36,083 nucleotides of DNA from Oligoflexales bacterium. Its GTDB lineage: Bacteria; Bdellovibrionota_B; Oligoflexia; Oligoflexales; Bog-1112. Position numbers and translations under genes: made by a program. Every line of letters starts with the position of its first letter. Position 1 is the first letter of the stretch. Below the pieces are notes generated by a model. That model worked only from the letters and a program-made list of their open reading frames with translations, was not told where the DNA came from and did no database searches. This document shows, piece after piece, positions 10,161-19,223 of the stretch. The stretch is taken from NCBI GenBank assembly GCA_045106415.1, contig JBGCEP010000017.1, forward strand, positions 1-36,083, in the 5' to 3' direction.

Positions 10161-10934
10161 TTAATATCCAGCATCTCTTGTTTGATTGCGGAAATCACGC
10201 TTTAATTTCTTTCTTTTCTTTTTACTTTTCATTTGTTTCTCAGCTTTTTTGTTCATCCAAATCTTCCCATTATCAAAATGAGTTGTTCTCACATGAGTTC
10301 GATTTTTTAAACTCAAGTAGCTTAACAAATCAGTCACTTTTGTCATAAAGAAAATACCACCTGGGGCAACAACTCTATCATTTTCAACCTTAGGGCCAAA
10401 AATAGTAACAACTCCTAGCGGTCTTTTTTTATGATCACGAATTCTTTGTGTAATCACAAGACCAGATGGAAAATCTTCATTCAAATAACCAAGTTCAACA
10501 GCTCCACCAAGATAAAAATTATCTGGATTTGAACCCACATAAAGTGAACCAGAGATATCACTATCCTTGTTCCACTGAAGACGAAAAAGATCTTCATCAA
10601 CATAACGACTCATTCTTGAGCCATTTGGCAATAATCCAGTTTGTTCAATATAAGGAAGGGCATCAATATTATCAAAAAGACCTAAATCTAAATCAAAACC
10701 TACTCGGAAACCCATTTCATCTGATGATGGATAAAACCGCACTGCTCCATAATCTTTTACAGGCATCTCAAAATCAACACTGAGCTCTGTGTCTGAATTA
10801 AACTCAACTTCCATAGACAACAGCTGATCTTCAACACCATAATTAAATTCTTCTAAAAAACCGTTATCATCATCACCACAACTCACCCACAATGGAGTTG
10901 TTGCCATTAAAAAACATAAATTCCGAAACTTCAT
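10161..10934 (-). CDS. Hypothetical lipoprotein, beta-rich, with basic C-terminal tail
   Basis: Lipobox WVSC; GAGGAGAG RBS; 257-aa ORF; no family recognised. Confidence 0.75.
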   Translation of the reverse strand: MKFRNLCFLMATTPLWVSCGDDDNGFLEEFNYGVEDQLLSMEVEFNSDTELSVDFEMPVKDYGAVRFYPSSDEMGFRVGFDLDLGLFDNIDALPYIEQTGLLPNGSRMSRYVDEDLFRLQWNKDSDISGSLYVGSNPDNFYLGGAVELGYLNEDFPSGLVITQRIRDHKKRPLGVVTIFGPKVENDRVVAPGGIFFMTKVTDLLSYLSLKNRTHVRTTHFDNGKIWMNKKAEKQMKSKKKRKKLKRDFRNQTRDAGY

Positions 10935-10982
10935 AAGTCTCTCCTCTTCCCTGTTGATTGGATATCTTACCTAGACTTATTC

Positions 10983-11009
10983 GTTCGGCAGAAAAAACCA
11001 GCCACTTAA
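10983..11009 (-). promoter_or_regulatory. sigma28-type promoter TTAAG-N15-GCCGAAC
   Basis: About 50 nt upstream of the lipoprotein start at 10934. Confidence 0.55.
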
Positions 11010-11060
11010 CACGAAAGAAAATTTAAACAACTATAAATATTACTGTTATTAAATATTAAT

Positions 11061-11087
11061 TCAAGAACTTACAATCATATCCGATAT
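11061..11087 (+). promoter_or_regulatory. sigma28-type promoter TCAAG-N15-CCGATAT
   Basis: About 30 nt upstream of the GTG start at 11117. Confidence 0.6.
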
Positions 11088-11116
11088 ACTCTTTTTATAT
11101 GAACAAAGGAGTTACT

Positions 11117-11356
11117 GTGTCCATTACAGTCACCCAAGTCTACACAACTCGAGCAAATAGCCAAGATGACTACGTCCGGTATGCCCGCATACGTAATGAG
11201 CAAACAGATGAAGAAAGAATCCTTGGTAGACATGAACTTGTCGATCCAGATGATATTGAAGTTGGCGATGAGTTTGCATACAAGGTTAACTTACTATCCC
11301 CAGCTGTTTTTGGAGGGAAACCTCCTGAAGAAGAGCAAGAATTTTATTTTTATTAA
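11117..11356 (+). CDS. Small OB-fold-like protein (paralog of 8875..9087)
   Basis: RBS AAAGGAG then GTG at 11117; shares Y.RIR.E and E.GD..AY.V.L with the 8875 ORF. Confidence 0.65.
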   Translation: MSITVTQVYTTRANSQDDYVRYARIRNEQTDEERILGRHELVDPDDIEVGDEFAYKVNLLSPAVFGGKPPEEEQEFYFY

Positions 11357-11641
11357 AGAATAATGACTTCGATCATCAGATTTTTCAATTTGAACCCCTT
11401 TTTAAAAGGCATATATCCTTATATTTTCTTATAAAAACGAATATGAAATGAATACCCATTACTTTTTAAAAATAGTTATCAATTTCAGCCACTATATTTT
11501 TTAAGAAAAAACACATAGACAACACAACAAATCAATCCGCCACAAAAAAATCAGTGTTCTTAATTTATCAGAGACAGCCTTATTTCTTTCGATTAAACTG
11601 TCAGAGTTTCTTTCATCGCAATTAAACCACAGGAGTATGCG

Positions 11642-12679
11642 TTGGAACTCACCGCACTTGCAAAACGTCTCAACGCCACAGTTTTCATTCCACCAGGGAT
11701 AACTTCAAACGATCCCATCATTACTGGCGTACAACCCCTTGAAACAGCAACTCCAAAACATCTTTCCTTTCTTACACAAACACGCTCTATTCCTGATGCA
11801 CAAAAATCCAAAGCAGCTGCTATTCTTTGTCAATCTCCACGTGACGATTTAAATAAAATTCAATTGATTCATAAAAACCCATATGCAGCCATGGCCCACA
11901 CACAACAGTGGCTATCGCCTACGCCTCCATTATCCACAGGTGTTCATGATTTCGCATGTGTTGCACAAAGCGCACAAATTTCTGAGACTGCATCAATAGG
12001 GAGCTTTTGTACAATAGGCCTGAGCTCCTTAGTTGGTGATCACACACAAATAGCATCTCAAACATTTATTGGTGACAATTGTAAAATCGGCCAAAACTGT
12101 AAAATCGGACCACACGTTTCGATTATGAACGACACTCAGATTGGTGACAACGTCATCATACATGCTGGTGCAATTCTGGGAGCTGATGGTTTTGGTTTTG
12201 CAAAAGACGAAAACGGATTGATTAAAATCCCGCAGAACGGTCATGTTGTCATTGAAGATCATGTTGAGATAGGACCAGGCTGCACGATCGATCGCGCTAC
12301 TTTTCATGAAACACGTATCGGTTATGGGACAAAGCTAGATTCACAAGTTCACGTTGCACATAATGTCCAAATTGGAAAACATGGTATTCTATGCGGGCAA
12401 ACAGGTATTGCTGGAAGTACGAAAATCGGTGACCATTTCACAGCAGCGGGACAAACAGCTATCGGCCAAGGCATTCAAATAACAAACCAAGTCACCCTTG
12501 GTCCTCGCACTGGTGCCACAAAATCAATTCCTCACTCTGGAGATTATATGGGTATGCCCTATACATCCTCAAAACAGTGGATGAAACAAGCTATTGCAAT
12601 ACAAAAGCTTCCTGAGCTTCTACAAAAAATACAAAAATTAGAACAAAAAATACAAAAATTAGAGGGTCATCATGGGTAA
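11642..12679 (+). CDS. lpxD: UDP-3-O-(3-hydroxyacyl)glucosamine N-acyltransferase
   Basis: Hexapeptide repeats; GADGFGF, KIPQNG.V.IED.VEIG, TIDRAT, KLDSQVHVAHNV motifs; AGGAG RBS. Confidence 0.95.
   Translation: MELTALAKRLNATVFIPPGITSNDPIITGVQPLETATPKHLSFLTQTRSIPDAQKSKAAAILCQSPRDDLNKIQLIHKNPYAAMAHTQQWLSPTPPLSTGVHDFACVAQSAQISETASIGSFCTIGLSSLVGDHTQIASQTFIGDNCKIGQNCKIGPHVSIMNDTQIGDNVIIHAGAILGADGFGFAKDENGLIKIPQNGHVVIEDHVEIGPGCTIDRATFHETRIGYGTKLDSQVHVAHNVQIGKHGILCGQTGIAGSTKIGDHFTAAGQTAIGQGIQITNQVTLGPRTGATKSIPHSGDYMGMPYTSSKQWMKQAIAIQKLPELLQKIQKLEQKIQKLEGHHG
12622..12663 (+). repeat. Perfect 21-bp tandem duplication (QKIQKLE x2) in the lpxD C-terminal helix
   Basis: ACAAAAAATACAAAAATTAGA twice. 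Confidence 0.85.
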
Positions 12680-13688
12680 TTTGCGGACTATCATTACAGG
12701 TACAGGCCATCATCTTCCAGAGCGCATCGTGACAAACGACGAATTGGCTCCACATCTAGGAACAACGCCAGAATGGATTTCTCAGCGCTGTGGTATCGAG
12801 CAGCGCCATTGGGTTAACCCAGATCAATCAACATCTGAGATCGCACATCTAGCAAGCCTAAAAGCTCTTGAAAATGCAAAGATAGAAGCCAAAGACCTAG
12901 ATTATATCATCGTAGCAACAGTGACCCCCGATCATGAATTCCCAGGGACAGCATGTTTTTTACAAAAGCGACTTGAGGTAAGCGGTATTCCTGCACTCGA
13001 CGTTCGTCAGCAATGTACTGGTTTCATATATGGCTTAGAGCTTGCAGACTCTTTAATCAAAACCGGTCGTTATAAAAATATTCTCTTCGTATGCTCTGAA
13101 GTACATTCAAAATGCCTTGATTTAAGCGAACAAGGTCGCTCTGTTTCCATGCTTTTTGGTGATGGAGCAGGAGCTGTGATCATACAAAGTTCTGAAAATG
13201 AGAATCCTGTGGGAATTCTTTCTACTTCAGTACATGCAGATGGCAGTGGTGCAAAAGATCTATGGTGCCCTGCTCCTGGAACAGGTTTTAATTCAGAAAA
13301 TAGATTAAATCCTAACATGCTAGCTGAAGGTCTTCATTACCCACATATGAATGGTCGCCAAGTTTTCGTGCACGCTGTACGCCGCATGACTGAAACATTA
13401 ACAACAGAGCTCGAAAAACACGGCCTCACAGTCGATGACCCAGACATCTTCCTATTTCATCAAGCAAACATCCGTATTATTGATACCATTGGAGAACAAC
13501 TCAAACTTCCAAAAGAAAAAGTATTTAATTCTTTACAAACATGTGGGAATACAACTGCTGCAACCATTCCAATTGGATTAGATCGCGCTAGGTTAGAGGG
13601 TAAAATTCCTAAAAATGCACTCATCGCTATGACTGCATTTGGCAGTGGCTATACTTGGGGAAGTTCACTTATTCGCTGGACTCAATAA
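12672..13688 (+). CDS. fabH: 3-oxoacyl-ACP synthase III (FabH family)
   Basis: Catalytic triad QCTGF, HQAN and GNT; FGDGAGA; AFGSGYTWG; overlaps the lpxD end by 8 bp. Confidence 0.9.
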   Translation: MGNLRTIITGTGHHLPERIVTNDELAPHLGTTPEWISQRCGIEQRHWVNPDQSTSEIAHLASLKALENAKIEAKDLDYIIVATVTPDHEFPGTACFLQKRLEVSGIPALDVRQQCTGFIYGLELADSLIKTGRYKNILFVCSEVHSKCLDLSEQGRSVSMLFGDGAGAVIIQSSENENPVGILSTSVHADGSGAKDLWCPAPGTGFNSENRLNPNMLAEGLHYPHMNGRQVFVHAVRRMTETLTTELEKHGLTVDDPDIFLFHQANIRIIDTIGEQLKLPKEKVFNSLQTCGNTTAATIPIGLDRARLEGKIPKNALIAMTAFGSGYTWGSSLIRWTQ

Positions 13689-13698
13689 AATTTAAATT

Positions 13699-13740
13699 AA
13701 TATTGTTCATCTCAAAAAAAACTATGAGGTGAACAATATT
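13699..13740. terminator. Bidirectional hairpin between convergent genes
   Basis: 16-bp stem AATATTGTTCATCTCA / TGAGGTGAACAATATT with 1 G-U pair. Confidence 0.7.
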
Positions 13741-13758
13741 CTTAAAAAATAAAACATT

Positions 13759-14874
13759 CTATTTTAAAGTCTCAGAAATATGAGGGTAGAGTTTTGATAA
13801 TTTTTCCACTTCTGATAGCTTCATTTTATTAATCAAGCTTTCTAACTGCCTTACGACAGTTTGAAGTTGTTCGTTGGTTTTATTTAAACGTGTATGAATA
13901 GAATCCAGAAGAACTCTTATTTTTGTATTTGCCTCACAGGATACGGCTTTTTTGAGCTCCTCTTCTTTTTGAGTTGCATCACGAATAGCATAAAAAACGA
14001 GCGCCCCACCTGCCAATGTGTTCACAACAGGTAAAATACCTGGGATCGAAGTTGTAGCCGATGCTGCTGCTGAAATACCAGAAGAAATAGCCATAGTTCC
14101 AAATAATAAACTTGTTCTCTTTTGTTGCCCAATACTACTTCTTGTATTAAGTGTTTCATTTTGAACCTGCGTCCACCCCATCTCCGCTAAAACTCTAGCC
14201 TCAGAAAACTCAACAATTCCTTCTCCAAGACCATGCGTCCCAATCGAGATAAAATGCTCTATCTGCAGCTCAGAAATAAAACGCGTTGCATCTTTTTTAC
14301 AAGTGCGACGAAAGTCCACATCATAAGACTTCACAGCCTGCACCACCTCTGCACCGTAAGATTTCAACTCATTTCGGAGTTCTTTATGTCGAAAAATAAG
14401 ATGTTGAAGCGCAGCGGGTATCTGAAGTTGATCAACACCGATCACCGATGGCGTCGTCGTCACCGTATCTGCAGGTAATTTTCTTTCTTTCCAAGGAGTG
14501 CAGTCTTTTTTAAGTTTCTTAAGAGAACATGCTCGCAATCGAATAACCTCAAGAGGGCTGCTCGACAGAAGTAAATTTTTCCTCGGAATGTCAACTATAT
14601 TTTGAGAAGACACGCCAAATTCACATTCTTTGCCTACACCTCCCCCTGAGCACAACTGATATTCCGTGAAAATACCTTTTTTAGATGTTTGCAGCATCAC
14701 TCTTTGTTCACCTGAAGGTAGCTCTACAAAGTCAACCCCTTTCACCCAATCCTCAAACTGAGTGGCTTGCTTGGAGTCTTTTCCTTTATTTTCTTTATGT
14801 TTAGGATATTGCTGATTTCTTTCAGCACAACTTACTAAAAATATAAATAAAAAAATATTAACCCAGACCGACAT
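13759..14874 (-). CDS. Hypothetical lipoprotein, Cys-patterned, helical with hydrophobic segment (paralog of 29058..30209)
   Basis: ATG at 14874 after AAAGG; lipobox LVSC; six further Cys; C-terminal coiled coil. Confidence 0.8.
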   Translation of the reverse strand: MSVWVNIFLFIFLVSCAERNQQYPKHKENKGKDSKQATQFEDWVKGVDFVELPSGEQRVMLQTSKKGIFTEYQLCSGGGVGKECEFGVSSQNIVDIPRKNLLLSSSPLEVIRLRACSLKKLKKDCTPWKERKLPADTVTTTPSVIGVDQLQIPAALQHLIFRHKELRNELKSYGAEVVQAVKSYDVDFRRTCKKDATRFISELQIEHFISIGTHGLGEGIVEFSEARVLAEMGWTQVQNETLNTRSSIGQQKRTSLLFGTMAISSGISAAASATTSIPGILPVVNTLAGGALVFYAIRDATQKEEELKKAVSCEANTKIRVLLDSIHTRLNKTNEQLQTVVRQLESLINKMKLSEVEKLSKLYPHISETLK

Positions 14875-15125
14875 ATGAAAACCTTTCCGCTTCACCCAAA
14901 TCAAAACACTTGCAACGCACTAGGCCACCAAAACACACCTGTTTTGCTTAAGGCATACAATATTGTACACAAAAGGCTTTATCTACAAAAACGCCTCTGC
15001 GAGTCACCTTGACCACTCACCCTCATCTGTCATTGGCGCTACTTCTTCCTATACAATCATTATAGTCTTCTCCTCACTATTTACGCGCCTCTTCCTCTTT
15101 TGTGTGTATAGATGCAAAAAAACAT

Positions 15126-15146
15126 TTATATAAGTCACTTATATAA
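15126..15146. promoter_or_regulatory. Perfect palindrome, candidate operator
   Basis: TTATATAAGT-C-ACTTATATAA in a divergent intergenic region. Confidence 0.4.
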
Positions 15147-15177
15147 TAAGATAATGTAAGGATTATTCTTTTTTTTG

Positions 15178-15205
15178 TTATGGAATAGAGATAAAAACCC
15201 GATCA
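15178..15205 (+). promoter_or_regulatory. Possible sigma28-type promoter TTATG-N16-CCGATCA
   Basis: About 30 nt upstream of ATG 15236. Confidence 0.4.
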
Positions 15206-15235
15206 TGTGCTCTGATGCGTCACCAGGGGTTCTTC

Positions 15236-16399
15236 ATGCAACTTACTAAGAGTGTTTTTAACTCAACTTTCTTTCTTATCTTCTTAGCTTCAGTCCTGCC
15301 GGGATGTAGTGATGGAAGCCAAAACTCCGAAGGAGCGAGCCGCTCATCAGTCGAACCTTCAAAACGAAGTCAGGTTGAAGACAAAGATGCTGATAGTACT
15401 TCATCGAAAAAGAAAAAATCTTCAAGTAAGAAAAGTAAAAAAAGTAACAGTGAAGATGACGAGGGTGATGAGGATGACGACAAAAAAACATCTGCCCTCC
15501 CAAGTGAGAAAGTCCCTGAAGAACCCACTGAGGTTGTTGCTAGCTTTTTCCTTGAAACAGTCGAGCCTGCAATTTTAAATGAATGTCGTGACTGCCACGC
15601 TCCACCTCGAGACAAAGTTGCAACACAAGCACCACTTACAGTTTACTCCTCAGAGAGCATGTACAAGATGCTTATCGATGGGGAGACTTTCGAAGATAGC
15701 ACCCTGCTTCGCAAGGTTATGGGAAAAACCACTCCTGTTCACGCAGGCGGTACTCTTTGTGCCACCACTGATGTTTCTCCTTGTTCAGAGTTCGGATTGT
15801 GGTGGGAACAAATTTTCGGGACACCCCCCAGTGCGTCTTGGGGTGATGTCATTCGCGCTGATAAAACTGGATTAATACAAGGCACCCTCAAAAATCCTGA
15901 GGATGACAATGAAGATGTCACGCTAGAAGCCTACCTAGGACCAGCTAGCGATGACAATATTATGGCTTCAGACGCAAAAGAAACAGGGCGATTCACCTTA
16001 AGACTTGACGCCGACAAGATTGTCCACGCAGAGGCAGTTGAAGTCCATATTTACGCAAAAAATGGAAACGATTTAGTCGAACTTGGAGGCAGCCCCATAC
16101 AGGTGACAGCTTACACTCCACAAGACGAAGCCTTTTTTGACAACAATGTTCGAGCAGGTGTGACTCAAAGCTGTGACGGCTGCCACGGGAGTACCGCAGC
16201 AGAAATCAATTCCTATACTCAGATCCGCAATATGCTTATTGCTAATGATAGCAATGGTGAGTGGAGCCGAAGTGAAAATTATCTCTTACAAAAATCATCT
16301 GGTAACGGAGTTGGCCACCAAGGCGGATCTATATGCCCTGGAGCTGGTGTTTGCGCACAATTCCAAGACATGTGGGATGCAGAGTTCAGCAAAGATTAA
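15236..16399 (+). CDS. Diheme c-type cytochrome lipoprotein
   Basis: Lipobox LPGC; K/S/D/E-rich linker; two CxxCH motifs (CRDCH, CDGCH), each followed by LLxK...HxGG..C...C. Confidence 0.8.
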   Translation: MQLTKSVFNSTFFLIFLASVLPGCSDGSQNSEGASRSSVEPSKRSQVEDKDADSTSSKKKKSSSKKSKKSNSEDDEGDEDDDKKTSALPSEKVPEEPTEVVASFFLETVEPAILNECRDCHAPPRDKVATQAPLTVYSSESMYKMLIDGETFEDSTLLRKVMGKTTPVHAGGTLCATTDVSPCSEFGLWWEQIFGTPPSASWGDVIRADKTGLIQGTLKNPEDDNEDVTLEAYLGPASDDNIMASDAKETGRFTLRLDADKIVHAEAVEVHIYAKNGNDLVELGGSPIQVTAYTPQDEAFFDNNVRAGVTQSCDGCHGSTAAEINSYTQIRNMLIANDSNGEWSRSENYLLQKSSGNGVGHQGGSICPGAGVCAQFQDMWDAEFSKD

Positions 16400-16419
16400 C
16401 AGGTGAGATCAAAAAGAAC

Positions 16420-16456
16420 AAAAGCCACATAACAGGTTGTCTTTGTGTGGCTTTTT
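16420..16456 (+). terminator. Rho-independent terminator
   Basis: AAAAGCCACA...TGTGGCTTTTT hairpin 20 nt after the stop. Confidence 0.65.
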
Positions 16457-16644
16457 AAAAAGACCTCCTCATTAAATGAGGCTATTCGAAAAACAATACA
16501 GTCATCATAGAAAAAGCAGGAGGTGTGACTAAAAATAAACTAGTCAAAACCTCAAAAAAAATTCACAGCATCAAAAACTAAAACAGCTGATAGGCCAAGC
16601 CTATAAACTCAACCAACAAATCAAAATAAAAAAACCATACCCCA

Positions 16645-16673
16645 CTTGACATCTTTAAATTCGAACCCATAAT
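16645..16673 (+). promoter_or_regulatory. Heat-shock (sigma32-like)/sigma70 promoter of htpG
   Basis: CTTGAC-N15-CCCATAAT resembles CTTGAA...CCCCATnT; also reads as TTGACA-N16-CATAAT. Confidence 0.6.
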
Positions 16674-16733
16674 CCCTACAAGGTGTTGCACCGAAATTAA
16701 GCTATCAATAAAAACAGCTATTAAGGGACGATC

Positions 16734-18668
16734 ATGGCTAAGCAAACGAAGGTTTTACAAGCTGAAATCAAAGAACTTCTCGATCTTATGGTACATTCAC
16801 TCTATTCCAAACGAGAAGTATTTCTCCGTGAATTGATCTCAAACTCCTCTGATGCATTGGATAAACTTCGCCTTGAAGAGATCTCAAACCCTGAACTAGT
16901 CAAAGAAGGCGCTGAGAAACATATCCGCCTCCATATCAATCAAGACACTAAAACTCTTACACTTTCTGATAACGGCATCGGAATGAGTGAGAGTGAAATC
17001 ATTGAGAATATCGGCACAATCGCTCACTCGGGCACTCGGGCCTTTATGGAAAAAGCAAAAAAAGCAAAAAAAGACGACCCAGAACTCATAGGACAGTTTG
17101 GTATCGGTTTCTATAGTGCATTCATGGTCGCAAACCACGTCTCTGTAACAACACTTAAAGCTGGTGAACAGCAAGCTTATGCCTGGGAGTGTGACGGCAG
17201 CGGCGAATACACACTTGAAAAAACAGAGCGACCTGAAGGGCACGGAACAACCATCACCCTCCAGATGAAAGAATTCACAGAAGAAGAGTGTGATCAAAAC
17301 TTTCTTGACGAATGGACGCTGAAGTCTATTGTCCGTCGTTATTCTGATTTTATTTCCTTTCCAATTTACATGGAGACAAAAAAAGAAGTCCCTGTAAAAG
17401 ATGAAAAGGGCGAAATAGTCGAAGGAAAAACCACTGAAGAGGTTCAAGACGAAACTCTCAACAGCCAAAAAGCTCTATGGTTACGCCCTTCATCTGAGAT
17501 TGAAAAAGATGAATATAACGACTTTTATCGCCACATGACACACGATTGGAATGAACCTGGCGATATCATTCATTATAAGGCTGAAGGAACCCAAGAGTTT
17601 GCTGCTCTGCTTTTTATCCCATCTCAACTCCCTATGGACTACAACCAAAGACAACAAAAGTGGGGTTTAAGTCTCTATGTTAAACGGGTTTTCATTAAGG
17701 AAAATGCCGAAGAACTTATTCCTCAATACTTGCGTTTTGTGAAAGGTCTCGTCGATAGTCACGACCTTCCTTTAAATGTGTCTAGAGAACTTCTTCAAAC
17801 AGATCGCCAAATCCGAGCTATTAATAAGGCTGTCACAGGGAAAGTCTTAAGAACACTAGAAACAAAACTCAAAAAAGAGCGTGAATCCTACGAAAAATTC
17901 TGGGCTGTTTTTGGTTCCACAATGAAAGAAGGTATCGCTTCGGACCATGGCAATAAAGAAAAACTACAATCTCTTTGCCTCTTTCAATCAAGCAACAACG
18001 ATTCTTTGACAACACTTAAAGAATACTCAGAGCGCATGAAAGAAGGCCAAAAAGCGATTTACTACATTTGCGGTGAGTCTCTATCCCAGCTCAAAAGCAG
18101 TCCATACCTAGAAAAGCTCACACAAAAAGGTTATGAGGTCCTTTTCTTAACAGACCCTGTTGATGAATGGGTTGTCAGCCACATGGATAAATTCCAAGAA
18201 GTAGAACTCAAATCCATCACAGCAGAAAACCTCGATCTCGACTCTGAAGACGATAAAAAAGAACAAGAAGAGCAATTAAAATCCCACGAGGAAACTTACT
18301 CTTCACTGAAAACAAAAATGACAGAGGATCTCACTGAGAAAATCAGTGAAGTCCGCCTCTCAAACCGCTTGATTGACTCTCCTGTTTGTTTAGTTGCCGG
18401 AAACAACCATATTTCTGCACGCATGGAAAAAATGCTTAAAAACATTGGTGAAAACGTCCCGCAAAACAAACGTATTTTGGAAATCAACCCAAATCACCCA
18501 GTCATTCTCAACATGAAAAACTTGGACGACTCACGCCGCCAAGAATGGTCTCAAATCCTCTACTCTCAAGCCCTTCTAAATGAAGGTTCTGAGATTGAAA
18601 ACCCAGGACAATTCAGTCAGCAAATCTCTAAGCTTATGATTGACGCCTCTGCAAGCGCTCAAGCATAA
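16734..18668 (+). CDS. htpG: Molecular chaperone HtpG (Hsp90)
   Basis: FLRELISNSSDA, DNGIGM, GTIAHSGT, IGQFGIGFYSAF, LPLNVSRE and LEINP motifs. Confidence 0.97.
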   Translation: MAKQTKVLQAEIKELLDLMVHSLYSKREVFLRELISNSSDALDKLRLEEISNPELVKEGAEKHIRLHINQDTKTLTLSDNGIGMSESEIIENIGTIAHSGTRAFMEKAKKAKKDDPELIGQFGIGFYSAFMVANHVSVTTLKAGEQQAYAWECDGSGEYTLEKTERPEGHGTTITLQMKEFTEEECDQNFLDEWTLKSIVRRYSDFISFPIYMETKKEVPVKDEKGEIVEGKTTEEVQDETLNSQKALWLRPSSEIEKDEYNDFYRHMTHDWNEPGDIIHYKAEGTQEFAALLFIPSQLPMDYNQRQQKWGLSLYVKRVFIKENAEELIPQYLRFVKGLVDSHDLPLNVSRELLQTDRQIRAINKAVTGKVLRTLETKLKKERESYEKFWAVFGSTMKEGIASDHGNKEKLQSLCLFQSSNNDSLTTLKEYSERMKEGQKAIYYICGESLSQLKSSPYLEKLTQKGYEVLFLTDPVDEWVVSHMDKFQEVELKSITAENLDLDSEDDKKEQEEQLKSHEETYSSLKTKMTEDLTEKISEVRLSNRLIDSPVCLVAGNNHISARMEKMLKNIGENVPQNKRILEINPNHPVILNMKNLDDSRRQEWSQILYSQALLNEGSEIENPGQFSQQISKLMIDASASAQA

Positions 18669-18692
18669 AGCCCTCACACAGGAGATGAGTTC

Positions 18693-19223
18693 TTACACTA
18701 AGATCTCATCTCCTGGTTGAAAACAAGGCCTGTCTACACATAAAAGACTTTGTTCTTGTGAACTCATATTTTTATAACTATGAACTTGACCTTTGTGCCA
18801 CTTCCATCTCGAGTACTGAGGCACCTTTTGGCCCATCTGGATCAAGTCTGTACTAAGAACCAATTCATCTTCTGACATAATTTGATGAAAATGTTCAGGG
18901 ATCTCTCTACCTGGAAAAATTCTTAGACAATAAACACCAAGGTGCTCTTTTTCGTAAAGCACATCAACCAACCCAAAGTCCTGGCTTTCCTGACGAAAAA
19001 AATGACAAAAGCTCTGCTCCACAAATATTCCATCATTTGCTTGAAAAGAAAACTTTTGCTGAGTTCGATAAAACAGCCACGCTGCCAAAGTAGCCTTTAA
19101 ATCCGACGGATGATCCGCTAACACTTCAAAAAGAAAATCTATTTCTTGAAGCTGCTCATACAAAAACGAATACGATGAACACAAAAATCTATTCTTATAA
19201 TCTATTTCTAAGTCATAAAGCAT
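18693..19223 (-). CDS. Cupin-domain protein
   Basis: PGREIPEHFHQIMSEDE and W.KGQVHSYKN cupin motifs 1 and 2. Confidence 0.7.
   Translation of the reverse strand: MLYDLEIDYKNRFLCSSYSFLYEQLQEIDFLFEVLADHPSDLKATLAAWLFYRTQQKFSFQANDGIFVEQSFCHFFRQESQDFGLVDVLYEKEHLGVYCLRIFPGREIPEHFHQIMSEDELVLSTDLIQMGQKVPQYSRWKWHKGQVHSYKNMSSQEQSLLCVDRPCFQPGDEILV

Noticed and set aside
14990..15115. Pyrimidine-rich intergenic stretch as a gene remnant or ncRNA
   Set aside because: No sustained ORF, recognisable motif or convincing fold
15121..15160. XerCD dif site
   Set aside because: The ATAA/TTAT spacer is 5 rather than 6 bp and there is no TTATGTTAAA-like XerD arm
16685..16710. CIRCE element before htpG
   Set aside because: TTGCACC-N9-CTATCAA is too far from TTAGCACTC-N9-GAGTGCTAA
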